Positions 1 through 7,634 of a stretch of DNA of 16,693 bases are shown here, one piece after another; position 1 is the stretch's first letter; each line of letters begins with the position of its first letter. This DNA is from Candidatus Latescibacterota bacterium (GTDB lineage: Bacteria > Krumholzibacteriota > Krumholzibacteriia > WVZY01), in the NCBI GenBank assembly GCA_963791045.1, contig CAWBQK010000020.1, positions 1-16,693 of the forward strand. The letters are read 5' to 3'. The notes below the pieces were generated by a model. The model was not told where the DNA came from, did no database searches, and saw nothing but the letters and a program-made list of their open reading frames with translations. Position numbers and translations under genes: made by a program.

Positions 1-173
1 GGCTACTCCTCGTCAGTCACGACATGTCGTTTTTGCGCGGGTTAACCAACAAACGATGGGACATCGCCACCGCATCGGATGTTCACGGACAATTCGAACT
101 TCTCGAAATCAACTGGGATTGAAGAAAACTTGGGCACGGGTCCTGTCATCGGCCACCCCGGGCGTGGTAGGTC

Positions 174-605
174 CTACACCTCAGCTTCTTTCCAAGCAAT
201 TACTGAGGCGGGGAGTGTGTGTGCAAAATAGAGAAAGCAAAACGGCAGCACCGCGTCGAACATGTAGTTTCCCCGATAACCTGTTGTTGCATTGAAGAGC
301 ATGATCCCAAGACACGTCACCGTAAAAACAGCGTATGACAGCCGAAGCGCGTCGTGCGTCACCATGACCTGGCGTTCGTCGAGTTTGTCGATGGACGAAT
401 GCGAGAACCGCCAAAGGCCCGTCTTCACATGAACGACAAAAAAGCTCGCGAGCGCGACGGCGAGAAACAGCCACGCACCCGTCGCTTCCACGCCGCCCCC
501 TCCGGTATGATATCCCGTGTAATAAAAAATTAAAAAGATCGCGAGCGCACCGTAGTTGGTCGCGACTCCGATTCTCCTCGCCGTCTTCGATGTCTTGATA
601 TCCAT
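174..605 (-). CDS. Small integral membrane protein (about 4 TM segments), partner of the upstream XRE regulator
   Basis: 143-aa ORF with four hydrophobic stretches and an LDERQ motif typical of membrane proteins paired with XRE regulators. Starts 1 nt after the regulator stop, with a GGGGAG SD-like sequence upstream. Confidence 0.75.
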   Translation of the reverse strand: MDIKTSKTARRIGVATNYGALAIFLIFYYTGYHTGGGGVEATGAWLFLAVALASFFVVHVKTGLWRFSHSSIDKLDERQVMVTHDALRLSYAVFTVTCLGIMLFNATTGYRGNYMFDAVLPFCFLYFAHTLPASVIAWKEAEV

Positions 606-606
606 C

Positions 607-867
607 TCACTCCCCCTTCTCTTTATCGGGGCCGTACAATTCCTCGCTCAAGGGCTTCATCGGTTCCGTGGAGAAGATCTTCTCGACCGGGAGCCGGAAC
701 ACCTCGCTGATTCGAAAGGCCAGGTCCAGGCTCGGGTTATATTCACCGCGCTCCAGATAGCCGATCGTCTGGAAATTCACACCTATGAGATCGGCTAACT
801 CTTTTCTGGATAAGCCTTTTTCCTGTCTGAGCAGGGGAATCCGGTTGTATAGCCTGCGTGTCTTCAT
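607..867 (-). CDS. XRE/Cro-C1 family helix-turn-helix transcriptional regulator
   Basis: Typical HTH_3 pattern: LRQEKGLSRKELADLIGVNFQTIGYLERGEYNPSLDLAFRISEVF. Confidence 0.93.
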   Translation of the reverse strand: MKTRRLYNRIPLLRQEKGLSRKELADLIGVNFQTIGYLERGEYNPSLDLAFRISEVFRLPVEKIFSTEPMKPLSEELYGPDKEKGE

Positions 868-873
868 ATTGTA

Positions 874-902
874 ATACTAGAACATGATGTTGTATTTGTC
901 AA
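874..902 (-). promoter_or_regulatory. Sigma70-type promoter of the XRE gene, probably producing a leaderless mRNA
   Basis: TTGACA (902-897), 17-nt spacer, TAGTAT (879-874). The ATG at 867 lies 7 nt below the -10 and has no SD. Confidence 0.7.
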
Positions 903-926
903 TCATAATGTTGTATTTATACAACA
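887..926. promoter_or_regulatory. Putative autoregulatory operator of the XRE regulator
   Basis: Perfect inverted repeat TGTTGTAT-TT-ATACAACA (909-926). ATGTTGTATTT occurs as a direct repeat at 887-897 and 908-918, flanking and overlapping the -35. Confidence 0.65.
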
Positions 927-991
927 CTTATTCCTATCACTATTGAAAAACAAGGAGTTACAAGAGCGTGAGTGGGGCCTGTCGCTGAGGG

Positions 992-1996
992 TTACTTGAG
1001 CAGGAACCCCGTGACCTCTTCGACAAAACGGTCTGTCTCGTCGATGAAAAGAAGGTGGTGGGAGTTGTCCAGAACGACGAACTTCTTCTCTCCGCCGTAC
1101 TTTTTGATGCTTTGCTTGAGCGAAAAATAGGGGACCTCGGCATCATTCCGGCCGGAGATGACAAGGAGTGGTGTTGTCAGCGCGCCAACGCGGTCCTCGA
1201 TGTTGATGGCCTGGAGTTCAGGAAACATGACGTCGTTTATGTGCATCTGTTTTTCACCCCACGCATCCTGGTACTCGCTGAAGCCGCTTCCCTCGAAGAG
1301 CTTTTCCCACGACAAGTTCTGGGTGAGACCTCCGTATGCTTCGCTCGACCAGAGCGATTTCGTGAGGGCATCCCGGTAGCTCGCATAGGGCGGGCTGCCG
1401 ATGGCCTGAAGATCCGTTATTGCGCGCTCGGCTTTGAGGTCGCGCGCCCACTGAAGAGTCATTTCATAACTCGCCAGGTATGTCGCCATCATATTGAGCG
1501 GTCCGGCCGCGTCGACAAATCCATCGATGTTGTCTTCGTGTTCGAGGAGATACAGAAATCCCAGCGTTCCGCCCCACGAGTGTCCGATCAGGTTGATCCG
1601 TTCCTTGTTGAATTTCGTCTTCAGGAAATCAACGACGGCGCCGACATCACCAACATGATTCGCAACGATAAGCGATTCATCGGGAACGTCGGGCGAGTTG
1701 AGAACACCGCGCTGATGCATGTAGGCGACAACAAAGTTTTTCTCGAAAGCGGGGCCCGGATACGCCTCGAACGCCAGGATCCCCATGGGGTTCGCGGGGC
1801 CTCCGTGGAGAAAGAGAAGGACGGGCGCGTTACTGCTTTCACCCTTCAAACGAACAAAGATCTTGGTGTCACCCGATTCGACAAGAACTTCCTCGTCCAC
1901 GGCCGCCGCCGACGCGTAGGAGCCGTACAATCCGGCGACAAAAAGCATAACCAGGGCACACATTATAGTTGCGTTAAGTTTTTCACAGCGGCGCAT
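992..1996 (-). CDS. Exported alpha/beta hydrolase (proline iminopeptidase-like)
   Basis: LFLHGGP oxyanion motif, GHSWGG nucleophile elbow, GRND acid, SHH catalytic His region. Hydrophobic N-terminus ending ASA-AA resembles a signal peptide. Start placed at ATG 1996 because of an upstream AAGGA; the ORF track starts at 2038. Confidence 0.85.
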   Translation of the reverse strand: MRRCEKLNATIMCALVMLFVAGLYGSYASAAAVDEEVLVESGDTKIFVRLKGESSNAPVLLFLHGGPANPMGILAFEAYPGPAFEKNFVVAYMHQRGVLNSPDVPDESLIVANHVGDVGAVVDFLKTKFNKERINLIGHSWGGTLGFLYLLEHEDNIDGFVDAAGPLNMMATYLASYEMTLQWARDLKAERAITDLQAIGSPPYASYRDALTKSLWSSEAYGGLTQNLSWEKLFEGSGFSEYQDAWGEKQMHINDVMFPELQAINIEDRVGALTTPLLVISGRNDAEVPYFSLKQSIKKYGGEKKFVVLDNSHHLLFIDETDRFVEEVTGFLLK

Positions 1997-2407
1997 TTTA
2001 CCATTCCTTGATTTCTTATCGAAGGGACAAAGCCACATAAGGACGGAGACTTAGGGCCTCGCGTCGGACTATTTTAACACGGATATCGCTCTCGGTCGCC
2101 CTCGAAACATAAGCACAGAAGGCCCGTCCGAACGGTCAATTGTGTCTTTTTATACTTTTTTTTACTGGCCTGAGTTCTCGCTTCTTACCATATTACCCCG
2201 CACGGGCCCCAACGGCTCCACTGCCGAGTTCGATTCTATTCGGGGCAACGACGGTGGGACACATCTCGCCGCGAACACAATAGCAATACACGATTACGAA
2301 ATAGATCGTGCGGCCGCGGCCGCTTCTACAACATGACTCACTTCCTGTGGTCGCACGATCTCAAATTACCTCTCGGGATACACCGAAACCTTCGCATTCG
2401 TATCATC

Positions 2408-2785
2408 TCACCCAACCGACTCCATGATTGCGCCGAGAACCCCCATGAAGAACACCATGAACAGAGCGATCGCGCCGAATATGAGACCGATAAGTGTCGT
2501 GACACCCTGGATCATGAAATACATCTTTAGTTTGCCGAGCGAATCGAAGAGGACTTCCTTGCTCCCGGTGAGATGAGCCCGTTCGATAGAAGAAGCGCTT
2601 TGCAAAAGCACCACACCGACCCAGATGGGCAGCCACGCGAACAAGATTCCAACGATCGACATCGCGCTCATAATGCCCGATATAATAGAAAGCACACCAA
2701 GCAGTCGGAGCCATCCTTTGGTCTGGTAGATGGGAAGGCTCACCTCACGAATCGCGGCGGTGCTGTCCTGGGTCCCTGCTTCCAT
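2408..2785 (-). CDS. DUF5362-like membrane protein
   Basis: 125 aa with about 3 TM segments. The pattern KGWLRLLGVLSII...LGKLKMYFMIQG resembles DUF5362. AGGAGG SD upstream. Confidence 0.7.
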   Translation of the reverse strand: MEAGTQDSTAAIREVSLPIYQTKGWLRLLGVLSIISGIMSAMSIVGILFAWLPIWVGVVLLQSASSIERAHLTGSKEVLFDSLGKLKMYFMIQGVTTLIGLIFGAIALFMVFFMGVLGAIMESVG

Positions 2786-2836
2786 GGTTTCCTCCTATGC
2801 ATTCGAACGATTCATCCGTGTACCTCTGGAATCCCC

Positions 2837-3574
2837 TCAAGCTTGCATCAAACTTAGAATCTTTTCAATGAAAGTACGGCCCGCGGCCGTGGTCATATCG
2901 GGCGGAACCGGCACGAACGGCACCCCGAGCTTTTTCGCGAGTTCGCCATCGGTGTCGGCGCGATCCCCTACCATAACGGCTCTGTCGCACCCGTTGAGCA
3001 CGTACCGCTTGAGATAGTCCGACATCGGCGTTTCTGGTTTGCCGACCACAGTAGGCGTCTGGCCGGTTGAAGCGGTCAGGGCGGCAATGATCGCACCGCA
3101 GTCAATGAGCCCGCCGTTCTTGGTGGGGCACACACGATCGGGGTGCGTGGCGATGAACGGCAGTCCTCCCGCGACGAGCCGGTGCGCGGTCTGGAGGTTG
3201 TCGTAAACGAGACTCGTGTCAAACCCGACGACCACGGCTTCCGCCCCGTCGGCGCCGTGCGCGATCCCCGCAGCAAGGAACTCCTCTTTCAACGACGGAT
3301 TGCCAAGCAAGAACACGCGGCTAACGGCGAGTTTTGTCTTCAGGTAATCGATGGTGACGAGATTTGATGTGACGACCGAGACGTTGTCGCTCAATAGCTC
3401 GTGGCGCCCGAGCATGGCGCGATAGTCGTCTGTTTTTCTGGAGCTGTTGTTTGTGACAAAAACAACGCCGGCCCCAAGCGCGCGGCAACGGCTCAGGAGT
3501 TCCGGTGTATGCGGAAGCGGATCGGTCTCCAGGAAGGTCGTGCCGTCCCAGTCGAGAATCACTGCGCGTTTCAT
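2837..3574 (-). CDS. HAD-superfamily class IIA hydrolase (NagD-like phosphatase)
   Basis: Motif I DWDGT, motif II VTNNS, cap AVVVGFD, GKP, motif IV MVGDRADTD. Start placed at MKRAVILD (3574). Confidence 0.9.
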   Translation of the reverse strand: MKRAVILDWDGTTFLETDPLPHTPELLSRCRALGAGVVFVTNNSSRKTDDYRAMLGRHELLSDNVSVVTSNLVTIDYLKTKLAVSRVFLLGNPSLKEEFLAAGIAHGADGAEAVVVGFDTSLVYDNLQTAHRLVAGGLPFIATHPDRVCPTKNGGLIDCGAIIAALTASTGQTPTVVGKPETPMSDYLKRYVLNGCDRAVMVGDRADTDGELAKKLGVPFVPVPPDMTTAAGRTFIEKILSLMQA

Positions 3575-3718
3575 ATGGTACACGACCCCGGTTGATGTTT
3601 TCGAAATGGATGAAAGCCAGCCCGGGCGCGCCGACCCAACGAAGAACCGGCACACCCTCATCAGCGGAGTCTATGCAAAACCAGCCACCAAATCAACCAC
3701 GGGCCGGCACGGGGGCAC

Positions 3719-5317
3719 CTAGAATACAGTGTCTTCGCCGCGGCTGCGTTCGAACATCGTGCGAATCGGGCTGTTTTCGGGGATCTGCTCGAGCGCGATT
3801 TTCTTCCATCTCGCCGTTCTCGCGAGCGGGTCTCGCATCGACAGCGTGCGTCCGCCGGGGATATCCCAGATTCCATCCCAGTAACACCGCAAACCCGGCC
3901 GGTCGGCATAGCTTCTTATCCGTCGGCCGCGAACGCGCGCACGGCCAGACGAAGGCGGTTTGGTCATCGCATCCTCAATGTGATCGACGCCGGGGGCCTT
4001 GTGGTCCAGCACCCCGGCGGCATCGAGCTTGTGAAAGAGCCCGTTCCCGTCGAGCTGCGCGAAACGAAAGTCGATCTCAAAGAGCTGCTGTCGCAGGTCC
4101 ACGTACGGTCGCAGCATATCCCAATCGAGCGAATGCAATTTGAGATACCGTGTCAGAGCCTTGATCGTATCCGGTATCGGGGAGGGCTTCGTCTCGCGGC
4201 CAAGAACCAGTTCGACTGATATCCTTCCACGGTGCTCCGCTTTGCGAACCGCCGTCTTGATTGTCTCGTTGACGTGGTTCCACGTGAAGAGTTCTTTGAG
4301 TTGAAACCCTTTTCGCTGGATGTAGTCCTCGTAAACCGGAAGTTTGATCGCCCAGTCGAGCGTGGCGGAGAGCGACTCGGGAGCGAATTCGATCCGGTCG
4401 AGCATCGAACGCCACTCCTTACACACTTCTTCGGCCCACACGGGCATCCATTTCGCGTCGATGTACTTCTCCGCTTTCTTCAGATAGTACCTCTGGATTT
4501 GAAGTGCCGTCGCCTCATGCCCGGTGATCAGTCCCACCGTTTCACGGCACGCCGGATCGCGCGCGAATGCCTGCATCGCCTCGACGGGTTTCATCGGCAA
4601 CATCTCCCTCCCCACGGCGAGTCCCGCGTCGATCATCGCGACGACCACGCCGGTCGTACCCACGCGCAACCACGACGCGAGATGAGAACAGAGACTCTCC
4701 CCGGCAATGATGTGCAGCCTGTGAAACCCACGTCTTGCGAGCGGTTCGTCTTTTCTGTGAAAGATCCCGCGAACATCCGTCGTCGACCCGCACACCTGCT
4801 TCTGGAGATGCCAGACGCGCGGCGAGATCGTGAACTCGATTCCCGCCGACATCGGATTGAACCCGCCCGCACCGGTAAAGATGATTCTCGACAAGAGGTG
4901 CGGGACGATCTGTTCCGTGAACGCGGAGGGGTGCCTCACGTGAAGGTACGACTCGTGGCTCCCCCACGTCGTTCTCGCTCCACTATAATCAACATTACAT
5001 TTGAAAACGCTCATCGTTTCATTTTTCCGGATCGAATCCGAGGTACACGACAGGGCGTCGGCCAGCGCCTTGTCCCCGGCGAGCGCGTACCGAACGACCT
5101 CGGTCGGGTTGGGGCACTCCGGCGTGCTCCATTCCGGATGCCCCCCGCAGTCCAGGTAGAACCGCGCCCCGCTCGAGAGGAAACGATCCATGGGATTCAA
5201 TCCCTGGATGTTCGGAACATTGTCGCGGACGTGCCGCTGGATCTCCTGGATGAGGGTATCCCGGTTGCGGCCACCAACGGCGTATTCCGTTTCTACACCG
5301 AGCAGCATCTCTTTCAC
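3719..5317 (-). CDS. pafA: Pup-protein ligase PafA-like (Pup ligase/deamidase family)
   Basis: Motifs colinear with PafA: GVETEY, FLSSGARFYLDCGGHPEWSTPEC (the PafA-type DxGxHPE), GSHESYL, SRIIFTGAG, KDEP, HRLHIIAGES, DWAIK, PPSSGRARVRG, RDP. GTG start at 5317 lies 1 nt after the pup stop, with an AGGTGG SD. Confidence 0.88.
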   Translation of the reverse strand: MKEMLLGVETEYAVGGRNRDTLIQEIQRHVRDNVPNIQGLNPMDRFLSSGARFYLDCGGHPEWSTPECPNPTEVVRYALAGDKALADALSCTSDSIRKNETMSVFKCNVDYSGARTTWGSHESYLHVRHPSAFTEQIVPHLLSRIIFTGAGGFNPMSAGIEFTISPRVWHLQKQVCGSTTDVRGIFHRKDEPLARRGFHRLHIIAGESLCSHLASWLRVGTTGVVVAMIDAGLAVGREMLPMKPVEAMQAFARDPACRETVGLITGHEATALQIQRYYLKKAEKYIDAKWMPVWAEEVCKEWRSMLDRIEFAPESLSATLDWAIKLPVYEDYIQRKGFQLKELFTWNHVNETIKTAVRKAEHRGRISVELVLGRETKPSPIPDTIKALTRYLKLHSLDWDMLRPYVDLRQQLFEIDFRFAQLDGNGLFHKLDAAGVLDHKAPGVDHIEDAMTKPPSSGRARVRGRRIRSYADRPGLRCYWDGIWDIPGGRTLSMRDPLARTARWKKIALEQIPENSPIRTMFERSRGEDTVF

Positions 5318-5318
5318 G

Positions 5319-5524
5319 TTACTGACCACCTTGCTGACGTGTTGCTTTCAAAAAGTCTTCACTGTTCGACGACAACGTCTCATCGACGATCCGATGTGCG
5401 GCGTCGATCAGGTTGCGCGCGTTGCCTCTCAACGAGTCGGCCTGCATCCTCGCTTCGTTGGAAGGGGGATCGGTCCGTGGGGTTTCGCGAACGGCATCTT
5501 CGTTTCTTTCTCTCTCTCGCTCAT
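5319..5524 (-). CDS. pup: Prokaryotic ubiquitin-like protein Pup (C-terminal GGQ), with an apparent frameshift near 5505-5518; absent from the ORF track
   Basis: Hand translation of the frame ending TAA 5321-5319 gives ...RNEDAVRETPRTDPPSNEARMQADSLRGNARNLIDAAHRIVDETLSSNSEDFLKATRQQGGQ*, matching the Pup C-terminal pattern (IDxxLxxNAEDFVxxYxQKGGQ). AAGGAGG SD and an ATGA overlap with the dop stop at 5524, but that ATG is out of frame across a GA repeat. An in-frame ATG at 5447 gives 42 aa. Confidence 0.85.
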
Positions 5525-7284
5525 TGCGTCGTTCCTCCTTTGTCCGGGGTATCGGCGCTCCCGGACAGCCTGGTGTGTTTCGGCCGGTGACCGTTTCGGC
5601 TCAGCCCGTCGATGATATCGACGAGTGAGCCCGCCTGTTTGAACACGCGTTCGGTGCGTTTGCGAGTGAAGCCAAACGGATTGCCCAGGTCCACCGTCCG
5701 GTGTTCAAGATTGTGTTCGTCGTCGCCGACGATAAACTGGATCTGTGCCCAATCGACCTCGGACACACGGTCCGGTCCCGCTTCGCGAAGAAGCATCGCG
5801 CGCGTCCATGCCCGCGTGTCTTCGGGAGGGTTTTTGGTGAACTTTTTGATCTCGTTCTTTTTGACGAAATGTTCGACGCGCCCCGCGCGGTCGTACGCCC
5901 AGAACAAACCTTCCTCCTTGTCGAGGCTCGAATAGATGTGATCGAGCCGTTTGACGGCGGGATGCTGCCAGTCGAGGTTCTCGTTTCCGGAGATGACCTC
6001 GTTGAGGATCGAGAACTTGAGCGCCCAGTCGAGCCTGCTCGACAACGCCGCGATGTTGCCGGTGCGGAGTTTTTCCAGCGTATCCGCCCAGAGCTCGACG
6101 ATCTCGTGGGCGCGCGGAACGATGTCGTCACAGTGTCTCTGCGACACAAACCGCGCCGCCTCTTCGAGGAACATCATCTGGAGTTCGACCGCGGTGACAT
6201 TGCGCCCCGAACACATTTTCGCCGTCGCCTTGAGTCCCGGATCGTGGCTCCAAACACCGAGCGCCGTAACCGGATCTTCGAGGAGAAGACCGAGGTTGAC
6301 GTGACCGGCCTCGATCATTGCGAGGACGATCTGCATGACGCCAGCCTTGAGAAGCGTCGAGCCGTGGCACAACGTGTTGTCGAAAAAGATCGAGTGCAGC
6401 CGCGCCATCCCCGACCCGGCGTGTTCGATGCGCCCGGACGAATCGCGGCTCGCCGTGCAGTGCGACTCGTCGCGGCTGTTGACGACGGGACGCGAGTACG
6501 TCGTGTGCGGCCCGACGATCTGTTCGAAGAAATCAGCCCGCTGCGACAGTTGGAAATCAACTTCGGGCCTGCCGTTCTCGCTTCCCACTTTGCCCTGGCC
6601 GGTGAACACGATGCTCGACACCTGATACGCGGCGAGGTAGAGGAGGTACTGCATCCTGCGCTCGAAGATGTCCTGCCAGCACTGGCGTGTGACGAGAAAG
6701 TTCATGTGACTGCCATATGCGTTGCCTCGACCGTCACTGTTGTTGACGAGTACATTAATCTTCTGTCCATCGGGGAGCTTTTGGTTCGCCGCCGCGAGGA
6801 TGCCGCGGAGGTACTCGAGCTGCGCATGCCAGCACGCGACATGATCGAAAGCGCTCCGCGTCTCGGGCACACACACCTCGATATGATTGAGATCGATGTA
6901 AATGCACCCGCCGTTCTCGGCCATGAAGCGGCGGTCGTGATCCTGGGGATTCCAGTCGACCTGCCCGCTCGTTCCGCCGATATGGTTGCCCGATGTCAGA
7001 TACATGGACGCGGCGCCCATGATGTCGGAGTAGTTGTAGTACTTGTGGCCGGAGGAGGCGACCGACCGGCGCCGTTTGTCCTCACATTCGTTGCACGAAC
7101 AACTCCACAGGAAGCGCCCCGAATCTTCGGCAAGCCCAGGTATCTCGCGAATCAAAGCCCGGGACGCTTCGCTGGAAGTTCCCCCAACGCGGTCGAGGCC
7201 GCTGATGAAGTTTCCCATCTCTCCGTCGTAACCAATGATCTTGGGTATCCCCCGCGATCGTTTCTCTTTTTTGCCGGAAGCCAT
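5521..7284 (-). CDS. dop: Dop-like Pup deamidase/depupylase (divergent member of the Pup ligase/deamidase family)
   Basis: Motifs: IIGYDGEMG, NGGCIYIDLNHIEVCVPE, NNSDGRGNAYGSH, FQLSQRADFF, TTYSRPVVNSRDESH, RLH, LDWALK, PPEDTRAWTR, VDW. Has a long loop after strand 1 and sits immediately upstream of pup, as dop does. Start at 7284 (MASGKK) follows an AAGGAG SD. Assignment as Dop rather than PafA is partly positional. Confidence 0.78.
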   Translation of the reverse strand: MASGKKEKRSRGIPKIIGYDGEMGNFISGLDRVGGTSSEASRALIREIPGLAEDSGRFLWSCSCNECEDKRRRSVASSGHKYYNYSDIMGAASMYLTSGNHIGGTSGQVDWNPQDHDRRFMAENGGCIYIDLNHIEVCVPETRSAFDHVACWHAQLEYLRGILAAANQKLPDGQKINVLVNNSDGRGNAYGSHMNFLVTRQCWQDIFERRMQYLLYLAAYQVSSIVFTGQGKVGSENGRPEVDFQLSQRADFFEQIVGPHTTYSRPVVNSRDESHCTASRDSSGRIEHAGSGMARLHSIFFDNTLCHGSTLLKAGVMQIVLAMIEAGHVNLGLLLEDPVTALGVWSHDPGLKATAKMCSGRNVTAVELQMMFLEEAARFVSQRHCDDIVPRAHEIVELWADTLEKLRTGNIAALSSRLDWALKFSILNEVISGNENLDWQHPAVKRLDHIYSSLDKEEGLFWAYDRAGRVEHFVKKNEIKKFTKNPPEDTRAWTRAMLLREAGPDRVSEVDWAQIQFIVGDDEHNLEHRTVDLGNPFGFTRKRTERVFKQAGSLVDIIDGLSRNGHRPKHTRLSGSADTPDKGGTTQ

Positions 7285-7361
7285 GTCCTTCTCCTTCTTT
7301 TTACTTTTCGGCCATACCCGGCCGCTGGTCGATCCGGGCGGGACCGCGAGTTCTCGCACAC

Positions 7362-7634
7362 GACAGGCGCGGGTGGCGGCTCGCGTTCTGGGTTGTTGAA
7401 GCCTCTGTGCATGAGAACTCGCACATCGCTTCGCTCGCCGATGGGGCCCCCGCCGCGGCGCAGCGGAGCGGAGTGCGGGTGGCACGCACGGCGCTGTTAT
7501 CGGCGAATAAGCAAACCGAGTGCAAATCGCTGTTATAAGCGAATCAGCGATCCGCACGTAGCGTCAGCGAGCACGCGCGGGGTAATCGGCGACAGGACCC
7601 GCGCCGAACCAGGTCGCCGCCACCCGCGCCTGTC
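7362..7634. repeat. 273-bp intergenic element bounded by perfect 19-bp inverted repeats (MITE-like or structured RNA)
   Basis: GACAGGCGCGGGTGGCGGC (7362-7380) is the exact reverse complement of GCCGCCACCCGCGCCTGTC (7616-7634). Internal 21-nt direct repeat, 18/21 identical, at 7492-7512 and 7528-7548. Confidence 0.75.

Noticed and set aside
19-34. 12-bp palindrome ACGACATGTCGT followed by a T run
   Set aside because: The stem would be too short for a convincing terminator, and its context is cut off by the window edge.
2039-2407. Intergenic region with a T-rich tract, GCGGCCGCGGCCGC and short ORFs
   Set aside because: No consistent promoter, terminator, RNA gene or coding signal could be supported.
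5429-5524. 31-aa ORF MSEREKETKMPFAKPHGPIPLPTKRGCRPTR from the strong start at 5524
   Set aside because: Better explained as the out-of-frame read-through of the frameshifted pup gene than as a separate peptide.
7492-7548. 21-nt direct repeats as a CRISPR array or integron attC site
   Set aside because: Only two imperfect copies with a 15-nt spacer, no cas or integrase gene in the window, and no convincing paired attC core sites.
7285-7557. N-terminal extension of the Dop-like ORF, and small ORFs 7152..7424, 7301..7525 and 7544..7846
   Set aside because: Low-complexity Arg/Pro/Ala translations of the inverted-repeat element. A good SD precedes ATG 7284 instead.
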